From contig DASWIG010000188.1 of NCBI GenBank assembly GCA_036397835.1, positions 18,964 to 82,963 on the forward strand: a stretch of DNA of 64,000 nucleotides, in the 5' to 3' direction. Numbering within the stretch: the first letter of the stretch is position 1; every line of letters begins with the position of its first letter. This DNA is from Thermoanaerobaculia bacterium. Its GTDB lineage: Bacteria; Acidobacteriota; Thermoanaerobaculia; Multivoradales; J023. The translations under genes and the position numbers were made by a program. The notes under the pieces were generated by a model, which saw only the letters and a list, made by a program, of their open reading frames with translations, searched no databases and was not told the origin of the DNA. Shown one piece after another: positions 1-8,565 of this stretch.

Positions 1-3000
1 CTCCCGCGCCCGGACGATGTCGGAGGCGCGCAGGGGCTCGCCGCTGAGCAGCATCAGCCGCAAGGCGGCGCCCGAGCTCGGCGGCGGCGTCAGCAGCCAC
101 GACCGCAGCAGCGTCGGCACGGCGCTCAGCACCGCGCTCGCCTTGTGGCGCACGAGGTCGGCGAGCTGAGCCGCCGGATCGCCGAGCGCCGCGCGTTCCG
201 GAAACACCACACGCGCTCCCGCCGCGAGCGGCCCCAGCACGTCGCGCACCGAAGCGTCGAACGACGCCGCCGCGACCTGGAGCACGGTGTCGCGTGCGCC
301 GAGGCGGCAGCGCCGGATCAGGTCCACAAGGTAGCTGACCGCCGCGTGGTGGCTTGCCATCACGCCCTTCGGCGCGCCGGTGGATCCCGAGGTGTGGTAC
401 ACGAAGGCCAGGTCGGCGGCGTCGGTTCCGCTGTCGGCGCCGAAGCGGACGGCCGCGGGGACGGGCTCGCCGCGGCCGTGGGGCCTCCCTCGCGGATCGA
501 TCAGGATTCGTCCCGGCGCCTCGGGCACGCGCGGGCAAAGCTGAGCGGAGGTCACGACCAGGCGCGGGCCCGGACCGGCCAGCGCCTCGTACAATACCCG
601 CGAGTGACGCGCGGCCGGGTGAGAAGGATCGAGAGAAACGAACGCACCGCCCGCTTTCAGGATTCCCAATTGCGCGACCGCCAGCTCGGGTGAGCGCTCG
701 CAGCAGCATGCCACGCGGACCTCGCGCCGCACGCCGAGACGCCGTAGCCGACAGGCGAGGCGATCGGCCCGCCGAAGAAGCTCGGCATAGCTCAGGGCGT
801 TTGCGCCGACGACCGCGGCCACGGCGTCGGGAGTGCTCACGGCTTGGCGTTCGACGAGCTCGTGAAGGCCGTGGCGGTGCGGCGGAGCCGGCGCGGGCTG
901 CCCCCACTCGAACAGCGTCTGGTGGCGGTCGCCGCGTCCCAGGAAGGCCAGGCGCGAGAGCGGCCGGCTGCCCTCCAAGGCCTCGCCGAGCAGGTGCCTC
1001 AGATGCCTCGACAGACGGTGGATCGTCGTGGCGTCGAAGAGCTCTCTGCGATACTCGATCGTAGCGTCCGTGGTACCGGCCGCCTCGCCCAGCCGCAAAG
1101 TGAGGTCGAAGCGGCTGGCCACGCCGCCGCCTGGTGGGAGCGCGTTGAATCGCGTTCCGGAGGCTTGCTGTTCCAGCCGTCGCGGGTTGTTCTGCTGGAC
1201 GACCATGACCTGGAAAAGCGGCGTATGAGTCAGGTCACGCTCGGGCTGGAGCTCCTCCACCAGTTTCTCGAAGGGGACCTCTTCATGAGCATAGGCGTCC
1301 AGGGTGACCCGCCGTACGCGATCCACCAGGTCTTCGAAGGTGAAAGCGCCATCGAAGACCGTGCGCAAGACCAGGGTGTTGACGAAGAAGCCGATCAGCG
1401 GCTGCGTTTCAACGGTGCCGCGTCCTGCCACCGCCGTCCCGACGCTGATGTCCGCCGAGCCCGTATAGCGCGAGAGCAACGCCTTGAAGAGCGCGAGCAT
1501 GCCCATGAACAGAGTCGCCCCCCGCCGGCGGCAGAGCCGGCGCAAGGCCTCAACTTGCGGCTCCGGAAAGCGCATGGCCCAGCCGCCGCTCGCCGTTCCC
1601 GCCGCCGTCCCTCGGGGACGGTCGACGGGAAGCTCCAACAACGCGGGCGCGCCGTGGAGCCGCGCTCTCCAGTAGGCCAGCAGGGACCTCAGAGTCTCTC
1701 CCTGGAGCCATCGGCGTTGCCACGCGGCGTAGTCCGCGTACTGGATCGCCGGCTCCGGCAACGGCGACGGGTCGCCTCGCAGCGCGGCCCCGTAGAGCGC
1801 CGTGAGCTCCGCGAAGAGCAGGCCCACCGACCACGCATCGGAGACGATGTGATGGATCGAGAGCAGGACGAGGCTCTGGTCGTCGGCGAGCCGTACCAAC
1901 CGGACCCGGAGCAGCGGGGGCCGGCGCAGGTCGAAGGGAAGCCGCGCGTGGTCGACGGCGAGCCGGGCCGCCTGGCGCTCGCCGAGATCCGTCGGCAAGG
2001 CCCCGAGATCGACGACGGACAAAGGAAACGGAGCGCAGGGCGCCACTCGAGCGAAAGGCTCGCCGCCGGCGGCATGGAATCCGGTTCGCAGCGCTTCGTG
2101 CCGGCGGACGACCTCGGTCAGGGCGGCCGCCAGCACCGCCGGGCGCAGCTCGCCCTCGATCCGCAGCGCGGAGACCACGTTGTAGGCATGGCTTGCCCCC
2201 TGGAGCTGATCCAGGAACCAGAGCCGATGCTGGGCGAAGGACAGCGGCAGCCGGTCCGACCGCGCGACGCGCTTGAGGGGAGGGACCGCGAGCGCTCTGC
2301 CGGCCCGCTTCGAGCGCTCGACGCTGGCTGCCAGGCCGGCCACCGTCGGCGCTTCGAAGAGGTCGCGCAAGACGACGTCGACGCCGAAGATCTCGCGAAT
2401 TCTCGCCAACACCCGGATCGCCGCCAGGGAATCGCCGCCGAGCTCGAAGAAGTCCTGGTGCAGGCCGCAACCGTCGAGGTGGAGCGTCTCGCTCCAGACT
2501 CCTGCGACCAGCTCCTCGACCGGCGTGGGCGCCGTCTCGCCGGCGCTCTGCGTCTCGGCCTCGCCGGGCAGGGGCAAGGCCTGGCGATCCACCTTGCCGT
2601 TGTCGGTGAGCGGCAACTGGCCGAGCAGGACGACCGAGCCGGGCACCATGTACTCCGGCAGGATCGCCTTCAGGTGCCGGCGCAGCTCCTCGCCGTCGAT
2701 CTCGGTTCCCGGCTGTGGCACCACCCATGCCCCCAGGCGCCGGTTGAAGCGCTCGCCGCCGACCGCGGACGCCACCGCGGACTGAACCGCGGGATGGCGA
2801 GCCAGCGCCGCCTCGATCTCTCCGAGCTCGATGCGATGCCCTTGGATCTTGACCTGGAAGTCCTCGCGGCCGAGAAACTCGACGTCGCCGGTCGGAAGAT
2901 AGCGGCCGACATCACCCGTCCGGTAGAGCCGCTCGCCGCTTCGCGGATGCGACAAGAAGCTCTTGCGGGTCGTTTCCTCGTTCCGCCAGTAGCCGTGGGC

Positions 3001-6000
3001 CAGTCCGGCGCCGCCGATGAAGAGGTCTCCCGGCACCCAGGTCGGGCGCGGCTCGAGCCGATGGTCGAGGACGCAGACCGTCTGATTCGTCATCGGCCGG
3101 CCGTAGGGGATGCTCGTCCACCACGGGCTCACGGCGGCGATCGGGTAGAGCACCGACCAGATGGACGCCTCCGTCGCGCCGCCCAGGCTGATCACTTCCA
3201 GACCGGCGACGATCTCTCGGACGGCGTCTGGAAGCTGTACCGGGATCCAGTCTCCGGACAACAGGGCCAGCCGCAGGGAGCTCAGGTCGACGTCGGGCCG
3301 GCCGGCGGCGTGCTCCACCAGCATTTCGAGCAACGCCGGAACCGAATTCCACAGGGTCACGCCGTGGCGCCGGATCAGCGCCGCCCAGGCCGCCGGATCG
3401 CGGGCCGCCCCGGGCTCGGGCACGACGACGGCCCCTCCCGCCGCCAGCAGCCCGAAGACGTCGTACACCGACAGGTCGAAGCTCAGCGAGGAGAGCGCCA
3501 GCACTCGGTCCCCGGCCCCCACGTCGAACCGGCGATTGACGTCGAGGATCGTGTTGACCGCGCCGCGGTGGTCGATCATCACCCCCTTGGGCGTGCCGGT
3601 GGAGCCGGATGTGAAGATCACGTAGGCGAGGTGATCCGGCCTGATCTCCACGGGCTCGGGACGGGTGTCCGCCGAGAGCTCCGGTTCCTCCTCGTCCACC
3701 GTCACGCGGCTGACCGTCTCGGGCCATTCGAGCCCCTCGTCGAGCCAGGGCTGGGTCACCGCCAGCTCGACCTCGCCCAGCTCCAGAAGCGCGCGTCGAC
3801 GGTCGGCGGGCAACGCCGGATCCACCGGCAGATACGCGGCGCCCGCCTTGAGAACCCCGAGCACCGCGACCACCTGCTCCCAACCCTTCTCCATGACCAC
3901 GGCGACGAGGCGGTTCGGCCGTGCGCCGCGCCGGCGCAGGCGTCGGCCCAACTCGTCCGAGCGCCTCGCCAGCGATCCGAAGCTCAGGGTCAGGCGGGGC
4001 GCGATCACCGCGTCGCGGGCCGGATCTTCGTCCGCCCGGCTCTCGAAGAGAGCGTGCAGCAACTCGTTGCCGGGCGGCGCCACGGCCGCGTCGATCGCCC
4101 GGCCTGCCAATTGGGCCTCCGGCACCAGGGAGACGTGCGTCTCTCGCCAGGCTCCGTCGCCCTCGGCCAGGCTCTCGAGCAACCCGCAGAAGGCGCCAAA
4201 CATGTCGTCGACCATCCCGGGAGGGAAGAGCTCGTCCACCACGTCCCAATTGAAGACCAGCGCGCCCTGACGTTCCGCGACCTGGTGATCGAGGTACACC
4301 TGAGGGGTCTGGCTGATCCCGAACTCGACCGTGCCGGCGCCCTGTTGCGGCGTCGCTCCGCGATCCTGCGATGAGACTTCGGAGCCCGCGCGGGTGTCGG
4401 TCATGGTCAGGGTGCTCGTGAAGACGATGGGCATTGCCGCCCGCGCCCCCCGGCCCCGGCCCTGGCGTCCCAGGTCCCGAAGCACTTGGACGCCGCTGAA
4501 GTACCGGTGGTCGAGGTCGTCCCAGAGCTGGTTCTGAATCCTCCGGGCCCGTGCTTCGAAGGGCTCCGGCCAGGCGGTGTCGATTTCGAGGAGGACCAGC
4601 GAGGTGAAGTCGCCAATGAGCTCGTTGACCTGAGGATGAAGCTCGAGGCGATGGAAGAGCGTGAGGTTGAGGGTGAAGCGGGGGCTCCGAGACCAGGTCG
4701 CCAGGACCTCGGCGAAAGCGGCCAGCACGAGGCCCGACGGAGTCAGGCCGAGGCGGCTTCCCCGCCCCTTCAGCCGCTGCCAGGAAGCCGCCGCCACGGT
4801 TCCCCGGCGGCGCACGAAACGCGGCCGCTTCACGGCCGAGAGGCTCTTGGCAAGGGGCAGGTCCGGCGCCGGCGCGAGGTCCGGCACCCGCCGGCGCCAG
4901 TAGTCCCGGGCCGCGAGGTATCGCGACGACTCCTTGAACGACTCCTCAGCCAGGATGTAGTCGCGAAAGGAGATCTCGAGCGGCGGCCGCCGGGCTTCGG
5001 GCTCGCGGTAGAACAGCCTCATCTCCGACAACAGCAGGTCCCAGCTCCAGGCGTCGCCGATGAGCAGGTCGAAGCTCACGTGGACCCGCACCCGCCCGTG
5101 GTCGAGCAACGAGGCACGCACGTCGAACAGCGGCCAGCGGTCCGCCGGCAAGATCTGGTGCGACATGCTCCGGCGCAGGGCGTCGAGCGCCGCCGAGCGG
5201 GCCTCCTCCGAGGCGCGGCGCAGGTCCAGGATCCCGACCCGGAATCGAGGCACCGCGGCCAGGATCCGCTGGCGGCCGTCCGGCTGGACGACGGCTCGCA
5301 ACATGTCGTGGCGTTCGATCAACCGTTGCCAGGCGCGCTCGAGGCGCTCGACGCTCAGGTCGTGGCTGTCCAGCTCCACGTAGATGTGGGTCGCCACGTT
5401 GCCCAGCTCGAAGTCGCCGCCGCGGCCGAGCCAGTAGGCCTGCTGAACGTCGGTCAGCGGGAAGGGAAGGTGCCGCCGGTCCGGGTCGGGAACCAGCTCG
5501 GGCAGCCATGCCGCCGTTCCCGCCGGAATCCCGCGCGAGTCGGGCGTGAGGCTTCCGACAAGAGCCGCCATCGCGCTGACCGTCGGAGCTTCCAACAGCT
5601 CGCGCAGGGCGACCTGAGCCCCGGTCTTCTCGCGCAATCGTTCGCCCAGGCGGGTGGCCAGAAGCGAATGCCCGCCGAGCTCGAAGAAGTCGTCGTGGAC
5701 GCCCACCGGCCGTACCCCGAGGAGCTCCTCCCAGACCTCCGCAACCTCGCGCTCGATCTGGCCGCGTGGCGCGAGATAAGGGGTCGCGACGTCGGACCGG
5801 CGCGACACGGCCTCGGTGGAAGCGTTCACGCCGGCGCGCGGACCCGCGCCCTCTCCCGCTCCGGCGTCGTCCCCCTCGGTGTCACGCACCGCGACGCTTC
5901 GCCTGGCTTCGATCCAGTATCGTTGGCGCTCGAAGGGATAGGTGGGTAGGGGGACCTTGTGACGGCTCTCGTCGGCATGGAACGCCAGCCAATCCACGTT

Positions 6001-8565
6001 CGCGCCCTCTAGCCAGAGGCGGCCCAGAGCCTGGATCAGGAAGGCGACGTCCGAGCCCGGATGTCGACCTGGGCGGACCGAGCTCAGCACGGCAGCTCGT
6101 CCTGAGTGCCCGGGATGCCGGCGCGCCAGGGTGCTCAACGTACGGCCGGGGCCCACCTCGAGCAAGATCCGGTCCGAGTCTGAAAGGAGCACCTCAAGGT
6201 TGTCGCTGAATCGCACCGTCGACCTCAGGTGCCGTACCCAGTAACTCGGATCGGTGGCCTCCGCGGGACGGATCCAGGTGCCGGTGAGATTGGAAAGGAA
6301 CGGGATTTTCGGCGGGCACAGGACGATCTCACCGAGCACGGAAGCGAACGGCTCCGACACGGGATCCATTGCCGCCGAGTGGAAGGCGTGAGAGGTGCGT
6401 AGCCGCCGGGTCTCCACTCCCCGCGCGCGCAGCTCGCTCTCGAGGTCCGCGAGCGGCTCCTCCGGGCCCGAGACCACGCATTGCCCCGGCACGTTGACCG
6501 CGGCGAGCGACAGTCCCTCCGGCATGAAAACCGCCAACGCATCCTCGGCGATCTCGACCGCCATCATCCCTCCTCTGCTCATCCCCTGCATCAGACGCCC
6601 GCGGGCGGCGACCAGCGGGAGCGCGTCCTCAAGGGTGAAGACGCCCGCCAGACACGCGGCCACGTACTCGCCGATCGAATGGCCGGCCATCGCTCGCGGC
6701 GCGATCCCCCAGTCCATCCACAGTCTGGCCAGGGCGTATTCGAAAGCGAAGAGCGAGCTCTGGGCGAGGGCGGTTTCACGCAAACGTTCCTCGGCCGCTT
6801 CCCGCGAAGGTCCCCCGCCCAGGAAGAGCGCCTCGCGCAAGTCCTCCTTCAAGTGGGGCGCGAGCAGCTCCGCGCAGCGATCGATTTCCCGCCGGAAGAC
6901 TCGTTCTTCGGCGTAGAGCTCACGTCCCATGTCCACGTACTGGGAGCCCTGGCCGGGGAAGAGGAAGGCGACCTCCCGATCGAGCTCTTCCCGGCAGCCC
7001 GTCGCCAATCGCGGCGGGTCGCCGCCGCGGAGCACGTCGAGCGCGTCGGGGACGTCCGAGCACACGGCGAAGCGCCGGTGTGGGAGACGCCGGCGGCCGA
7101 CCTGACAGGTGAACGCCACGTCGGCGAGGTCGCTGTCGCCGTTCGCTTCGAGATGGTCTGCGAGATTGCAGGTGACCGTCTCCAAGCCCGAAGCGCTACG
7201 GGCCGACGTCACGATCAGGTGCCAGGGCCTGGAGGTTCCCGAGGCCGGGCGCTCGGGCGCCTCCTCGAGCACCACGTGGGCGTTGGTGCCGCCGATCCCG
7301 AACGAGCTGACCCCGGCGCGCCGGGATCCGCCAGGCGCGGTCCACGGTCGTAGCGCCGTGTTGACGTAGAAGGGGCCCTGGTCGAGCTCGAGCCGGGGAT
7401 TCGGTGATTCGAAGTGGAGGCTCGGCGGGATGAGCCGACGATCGAGGCAGAGCGTGGTCTTGATCAAACCCGCGATGCCCGCTGCCGTGCTCAGGTGCCC
7501 GATGTTGGTCTTTACCGAGCCGAGCGCGCAGGCGTTGCGAGCGCCGTTGGTGCTGGCGAAGGCCTGGTTCAGGGCCTGGACCTCGATGGGATCCCCCAGC
7601 GGAGTCCCGGTGCCGTGGGCCTCGACGTAGGTGATCGTCTCCGGATCGATCCCCGCCAGGGTCTGAGCCGCCTGGATCACCTGCGCCTGTCCGGCGACGC
7701 TGGGCGCGGTATAGCCGACCTTCATCCCTCCGTCGTTGTTGATCGCCGTACCTTTGATGACGGCGTACACGCGGTCCGCATCGGCCAGCGCGTCGCCGAG
7801 CCGTTTGAGCACCACGACGCCCAGACCGTTGCCCCCCAGAGTCCCACGGGCTCTTTCGTCGAAGGCCCGGCAATGGCCATCGGGGGAGTAGATGCCCCCA
7901 TCGGCGTGCAAGTAGCCGCGGACCTGGGGGAGGGTCACCGACACGGCGCCGCTCAACGCGACGTCGCAATCGCCGGCCAGCAAACCCTGACACGCCATGT
8001 GGACGGCCACCAGCGCGGTCGAGCACGCGGTCTGGATGACGACGCTCGGCCCGGTCAGGTTCAGCTTGTAGGAAACCCGCGTCGCCAGGTAGTCCTTGTC
8101 GCTCGCGAGGACCGATTGATAAATCCCCACGGAGCGCAGGATCTCCGGGCGCGAGTAGAGGTTGTAGACGTAGGTATTGCGCTCCACGCCGGCATAGACG
8201 CCGATCATTCCGGGATAGGTCTGGGAGTCGCAGCCGGCGTCCTCCAGCGCTTCCCACGCACATTCCAGGAACAGGCGGTGCTGCGGGTCGGTGATCTCGG
8301 CTTCGCGGGGTGTGAAATCGAAGAAAGCGGCGTCGAAGTCCGCGACACCGTCGAGGACGGCGTTGGCTTTGACGTAGTTGGGATCGCGCAAATCGGACTC
8401 GGGAATTCCGGCCGCCGCCAGCTCCTCGTCGGAGAAAAAGGTGACGGACTCCACGCCGTGGCAGAGGTTGCGCCAGAACTCTTCGACGTTTCGCGCGCCC
8501 GGAAACCGCCCGGCCAGGCCGACGATGGCGACGTCCAGGCCTCCGATCTCTTCGTCGGCGCTCAT
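1..8565 (-). CDS. Hybrid PKS-NRPS megasynthase, partial (C-terminus beyond left edge): KS-AT(malonyl-type)-ACP-Cy-A(Cys-type)-PCP-C-A(truncated by window)
   Basis: Manual translation of the minus strand from the ATG at 8565-8563 (ATGA overlap with the TGA of the upstream NRPS at 8564-8562) gives MSADEEIGGLDVAIVGLAGRFPGARNVEEFWRNLCHGVES.... This frame has no stop down to nt 1, so the ORF track (which requires a stop) omits it; no ORF in this frame appears in the track. KS active-site Cys in TACSTALVAVHMACQ at ~8005-8050. AT GHSIGE with the His codon at 6681-6679 and HAFHS at ~6390, the signature of malonyl-CoA-specific ATs. ACP FFELGGHSLLATRL at ~5660-5700, directly after the post-AT linker (PTYPFERQRYWIE), with no KR or DH. 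Cy domain FPLTDVQQAYWLGRGGDFELGN (5401-5460) and DLLIGDAWS (~5045-5070). A domain LAYVIFTSGSTGTPKGV (~3595-3640) with the Cys-type fingerprint (SFDLSVYDVFG, WNSVPAL, LLSGDWIPV, GGATEASIWS). PCP FFELGGDSLAAIRV (~2430-2460). C domain HHIVSDAWS (~1840-1860). Second A domain LAFVYHTSGSTGAPKGV (~365-420) runs off the edge. Confidence 0.85.
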   Translation of the reverse strand, partial: MSADEEIGGLDVAIVGLAGRFPGARNVEEFWRNLCHGVESVTFFSDEELAAAGIPESDLRDPNYVKANAVLDGVADFDAAFFDFTPREAEITDPQHRLFLECAWEALEDAGCDSQTYPGMIGVYAGVERNTYVYNLYSRPEILRSVGIYQSVLASDKDYLATRVSYKLNLTGPSVVIQTACSTALVAVHMACQGLLAGDCDVALSGAVSVTLPQVRGYLHADGGIYSPDGHCRAFDERARGTLGGNGLGVVVLKRLGDALADADRVYAVIKGTAINNDGGMKVGYTAPSVAGQAQVIQAAQTLAGIDPETITYVEAHGTGTPLGDPIEVQALNQAFASTNGARNACALGSVKTNIGHLSTAAGIAGLIKTTLCLDRRLIPPSLHFESPNPRLELDQGPFYVNTALRPWTAPGGSRRAGVSSFGIGGTNAHVVLEEAPERPASGTSRPWHLIVTSARSASGLETVTCNLADHLEANGDSDLADVAFTCQVGRRRLPHRRFAVCSDVPDALDVLRGGDPPRLATGCREELDREVAFLFPGQGSQYVDMGRELYAEERVFRREIDRCAELLAPHLKEDLREALFLGGGPSREAAEERLRETALAQSSLFAFEYALARLWMDWGIAPRAMAGHSIGEYVAACLAGVFTLEDALPLVAARGRLMQGMSRGGMMAVEIAEDALAVFMPEGLSLAAVNVPGQCVVSGPEEPLADLESELRARGVETRRLRTSHAFHSAAMDPVSEPFASVLGEIVLCPPKIPFLSNLTGTWIRPAEATDPSYWVRHLRSTVRFSDNLEVLLSDSDRILLEVGPGRTLSTLARRHPGHSGRAAVLSSVRPGRHPGSDVAFLIQALGRLWLEGANVDWLAFHADESRHKVPLPTYPFERQRYWIEARRSVAVRDTEGDDAGAGEGAGPRAGVNASTEAVSRRSDVATPYLAPRGQIEREVAEVWEELLGVRPVGVHDDFFELGGHSLLATRLGERLREKTGAQVALRELLEAPTVSAMAALVGSLTPDSRGIPAGTAAWLPELVPDPDRRHLPFPLTDVQQAYWLGRGGDFELGNVATHIYVELDSHDLSVERLERAWQRLIERHDMLRAVVQPDGRQRILAAVPRFRVGILDLRRASEEARSAALDALRRSMSHQILPADRWPLFDVRASLLDHGRVRVHVSFDLLIGDAWSWDLLLSEMRLFYREPEARRPPLEISFRDYILAEESFKESSRYLAARDYWRRRVPDLAPAPDLPLAKSLSAVKRPRFVRRRGTVAAASWQRLKGRGSRLGLTPSGLVLAAFAEVLATWSRSPRFTLNLTLFHRLELHPQVNELIGDFTSLVLLEIDTAWPEPFEARARRIQNQLWDDLDHRYFSGVQVLRDLGRQGRGRGARAAMPIVFTSTLTMTDTRAGSEVSSQDRGATPQQGAGTVEFGISQTPQVYLDHQVAERQGALVFNWDVVDELFPPGMVDDMFGAFCGLLESLAEGDGAWRETHVSLVPEAQLAGRAIDAAVAPPGNELLHALFESRADEDPARDAVIAPRLTLSFGSLARRSDELGRRLRRRGARPNRLVAVVMEKGWEQVVAVLGVLKAGAAYLPVDPALPADRRRALLELGEVELAVTQPWLDEGLEWPETVSRVTVDEEEPELSADTRPEPVEIRPDHLAYVIFTSGSTGTPKGVMIDHRGAVNTILDVNRRFDVGAGDRVLALSSLSFDLSVYDVFGLLAAGGAVVVPEPGAARDPAAWAALIRRHGVTLWNSVPALLEMLVEHAAGRPDVDLSSLRLALLSGDWIPVQLPDAVREIVAGLEVISLGGATEASIWSVLYPIAAVSPWWTSIPYGRPMTNQTVCVLDHRLEPRPTWVPGDLFIGGAGLAHGYWRNEETTRKSFLSHPRSGERLYRTGDVGRYLPTGDVEFLGREDFQVKIQGHRIELGEIEAALARHPAVQSAVASAVGGERFNRRLGAWVVPQPGTEIDGEELRRHLKAILPEYMVPGSVVLLGQLPLTDNGKVDRQALPLPGEAETQSAGETAPTPVEELVAGVWSETLHLDGCGLHQDFFELGGDSLAAIRVLARIREIFGVDVVLRDLFEAPTVAGLAASVERSKRAGRALAVPPLKRVARSDRLPLSFAQHRLWFLDQLQGASHAYNVVSALRIEGELRPAVLAAALTEVVRRHEALRTGFHAAGGEPFARVAPCAPFPLSVVDLGALPTDLGERQAARLAVDHARLPFDLRRPPLLRVRLVRLADDQSLVLLSIHHIVSDAWSVGLLFAELTALYGAALRGDPSPLPEPAIQYADYAAWQRRWLQGETLRSLLAYWRARLHGAPALLELPVDRPRGTAAGTASGGWAMRFPEPQVEALRRLCRRRGATLFMGMLALFKALLSRYTGSADISVGTAVAGRGTVETQPLIGFFVNTLVLRTVFDGAFTFEDLVDRVRRVTLDAYAHEEVPFEKLVEELQPERDLTHTPLFQVMVVQQNNPRRLEQQASGTRFNALPPGGGVASRFDLTLRLGEAAGTTDATIEYRRELFDATTIHRLSRHLRHLLGEALEGSRPLSRLAFLGRGDRHQTLFEWGQPAPAPPHRHGLHELVERQAVSTPDAVAAVVGANALSYAELLRRADRLACRLRRLGVRREVRVACCCERSPELAVAQLGILKAGGAFVSLDPSHPAARHSRVLYEALAGPGPRLVVTSAQLCPRVPEAPGRILIDPRGRPHGRGEPVPAAVRFGADSGTDAADLAFVYHTSGSTGAPKGVMASHHAAVSYLVDLIRRCRLGARDTVLQVAAASFDASVRDVLGPLAAGARVVFPERAALGDPAAQLADLVRHKASAVLSAVPTLLRSWLLTPPPSSGAALRLMLLSGEPLRASDIVRARE
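4150..5470 (-). other. Heterocyclisation (Cy) domain following the PKS ACP
   Basis: Cy signature motifs FPLTDVQQAYWLGR (5401-5460) and DxxxxDxxS (DLLIGDAWS) in place of HHxxxDG; followed by a Cys-type A domain. Confidence 0.8.
6080..8565 (-). other. KS-AT didomain of the leftmost PKS module (KS ~7290-8565; AT ~6080-7050)
   Basis: KS N-terminus IVGLAGRFPGA...FW..L and active-site Cys TACST (~8040); AT GHSIGE (6681) and HAFHS (6390). Approximate domain limits. Confidence 0.8.

Noticed and set aside
844-4374. 1176-aa plus-strand ORF (and similar long plus ORFs at 4486..5949, 6481..7353, 7414..8721, 14893..16557, 16594..17967, 22610..25339, 25742..28171, 28757..29938, 33962..35365, 35513..37279, 38393..42052, 44378..45376, 45413..46741, 46817..47995, 48382..49509, 49579..50775, 50797..51828, 52894..55584, 56451..59519, 60648..62267)
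   Set aside because: They are antisense to minus-strand megasynthase genes with clear, ordered NRPS/PKS motifs. Their translations are R/G/A/P/D-rich with no domain signatures (for example 7414..8721 is the reverse of a KS). This is the typical stop-poor antisense frame of ~72% GC coding DNA.
7196-8263. 355-aa minus-strand ORF (and 2912..4249, 1550..2728, 4946..5509 and other minus ORFs in 1..8565)
   Set aside because: They lie in frames +1/+2 relative to the true frame-0 PKS-NRPS ORF, whose KS/AT/ACP/Cy/A/PCP/C motifs were confirmed by manual translation; low-complexity translations.
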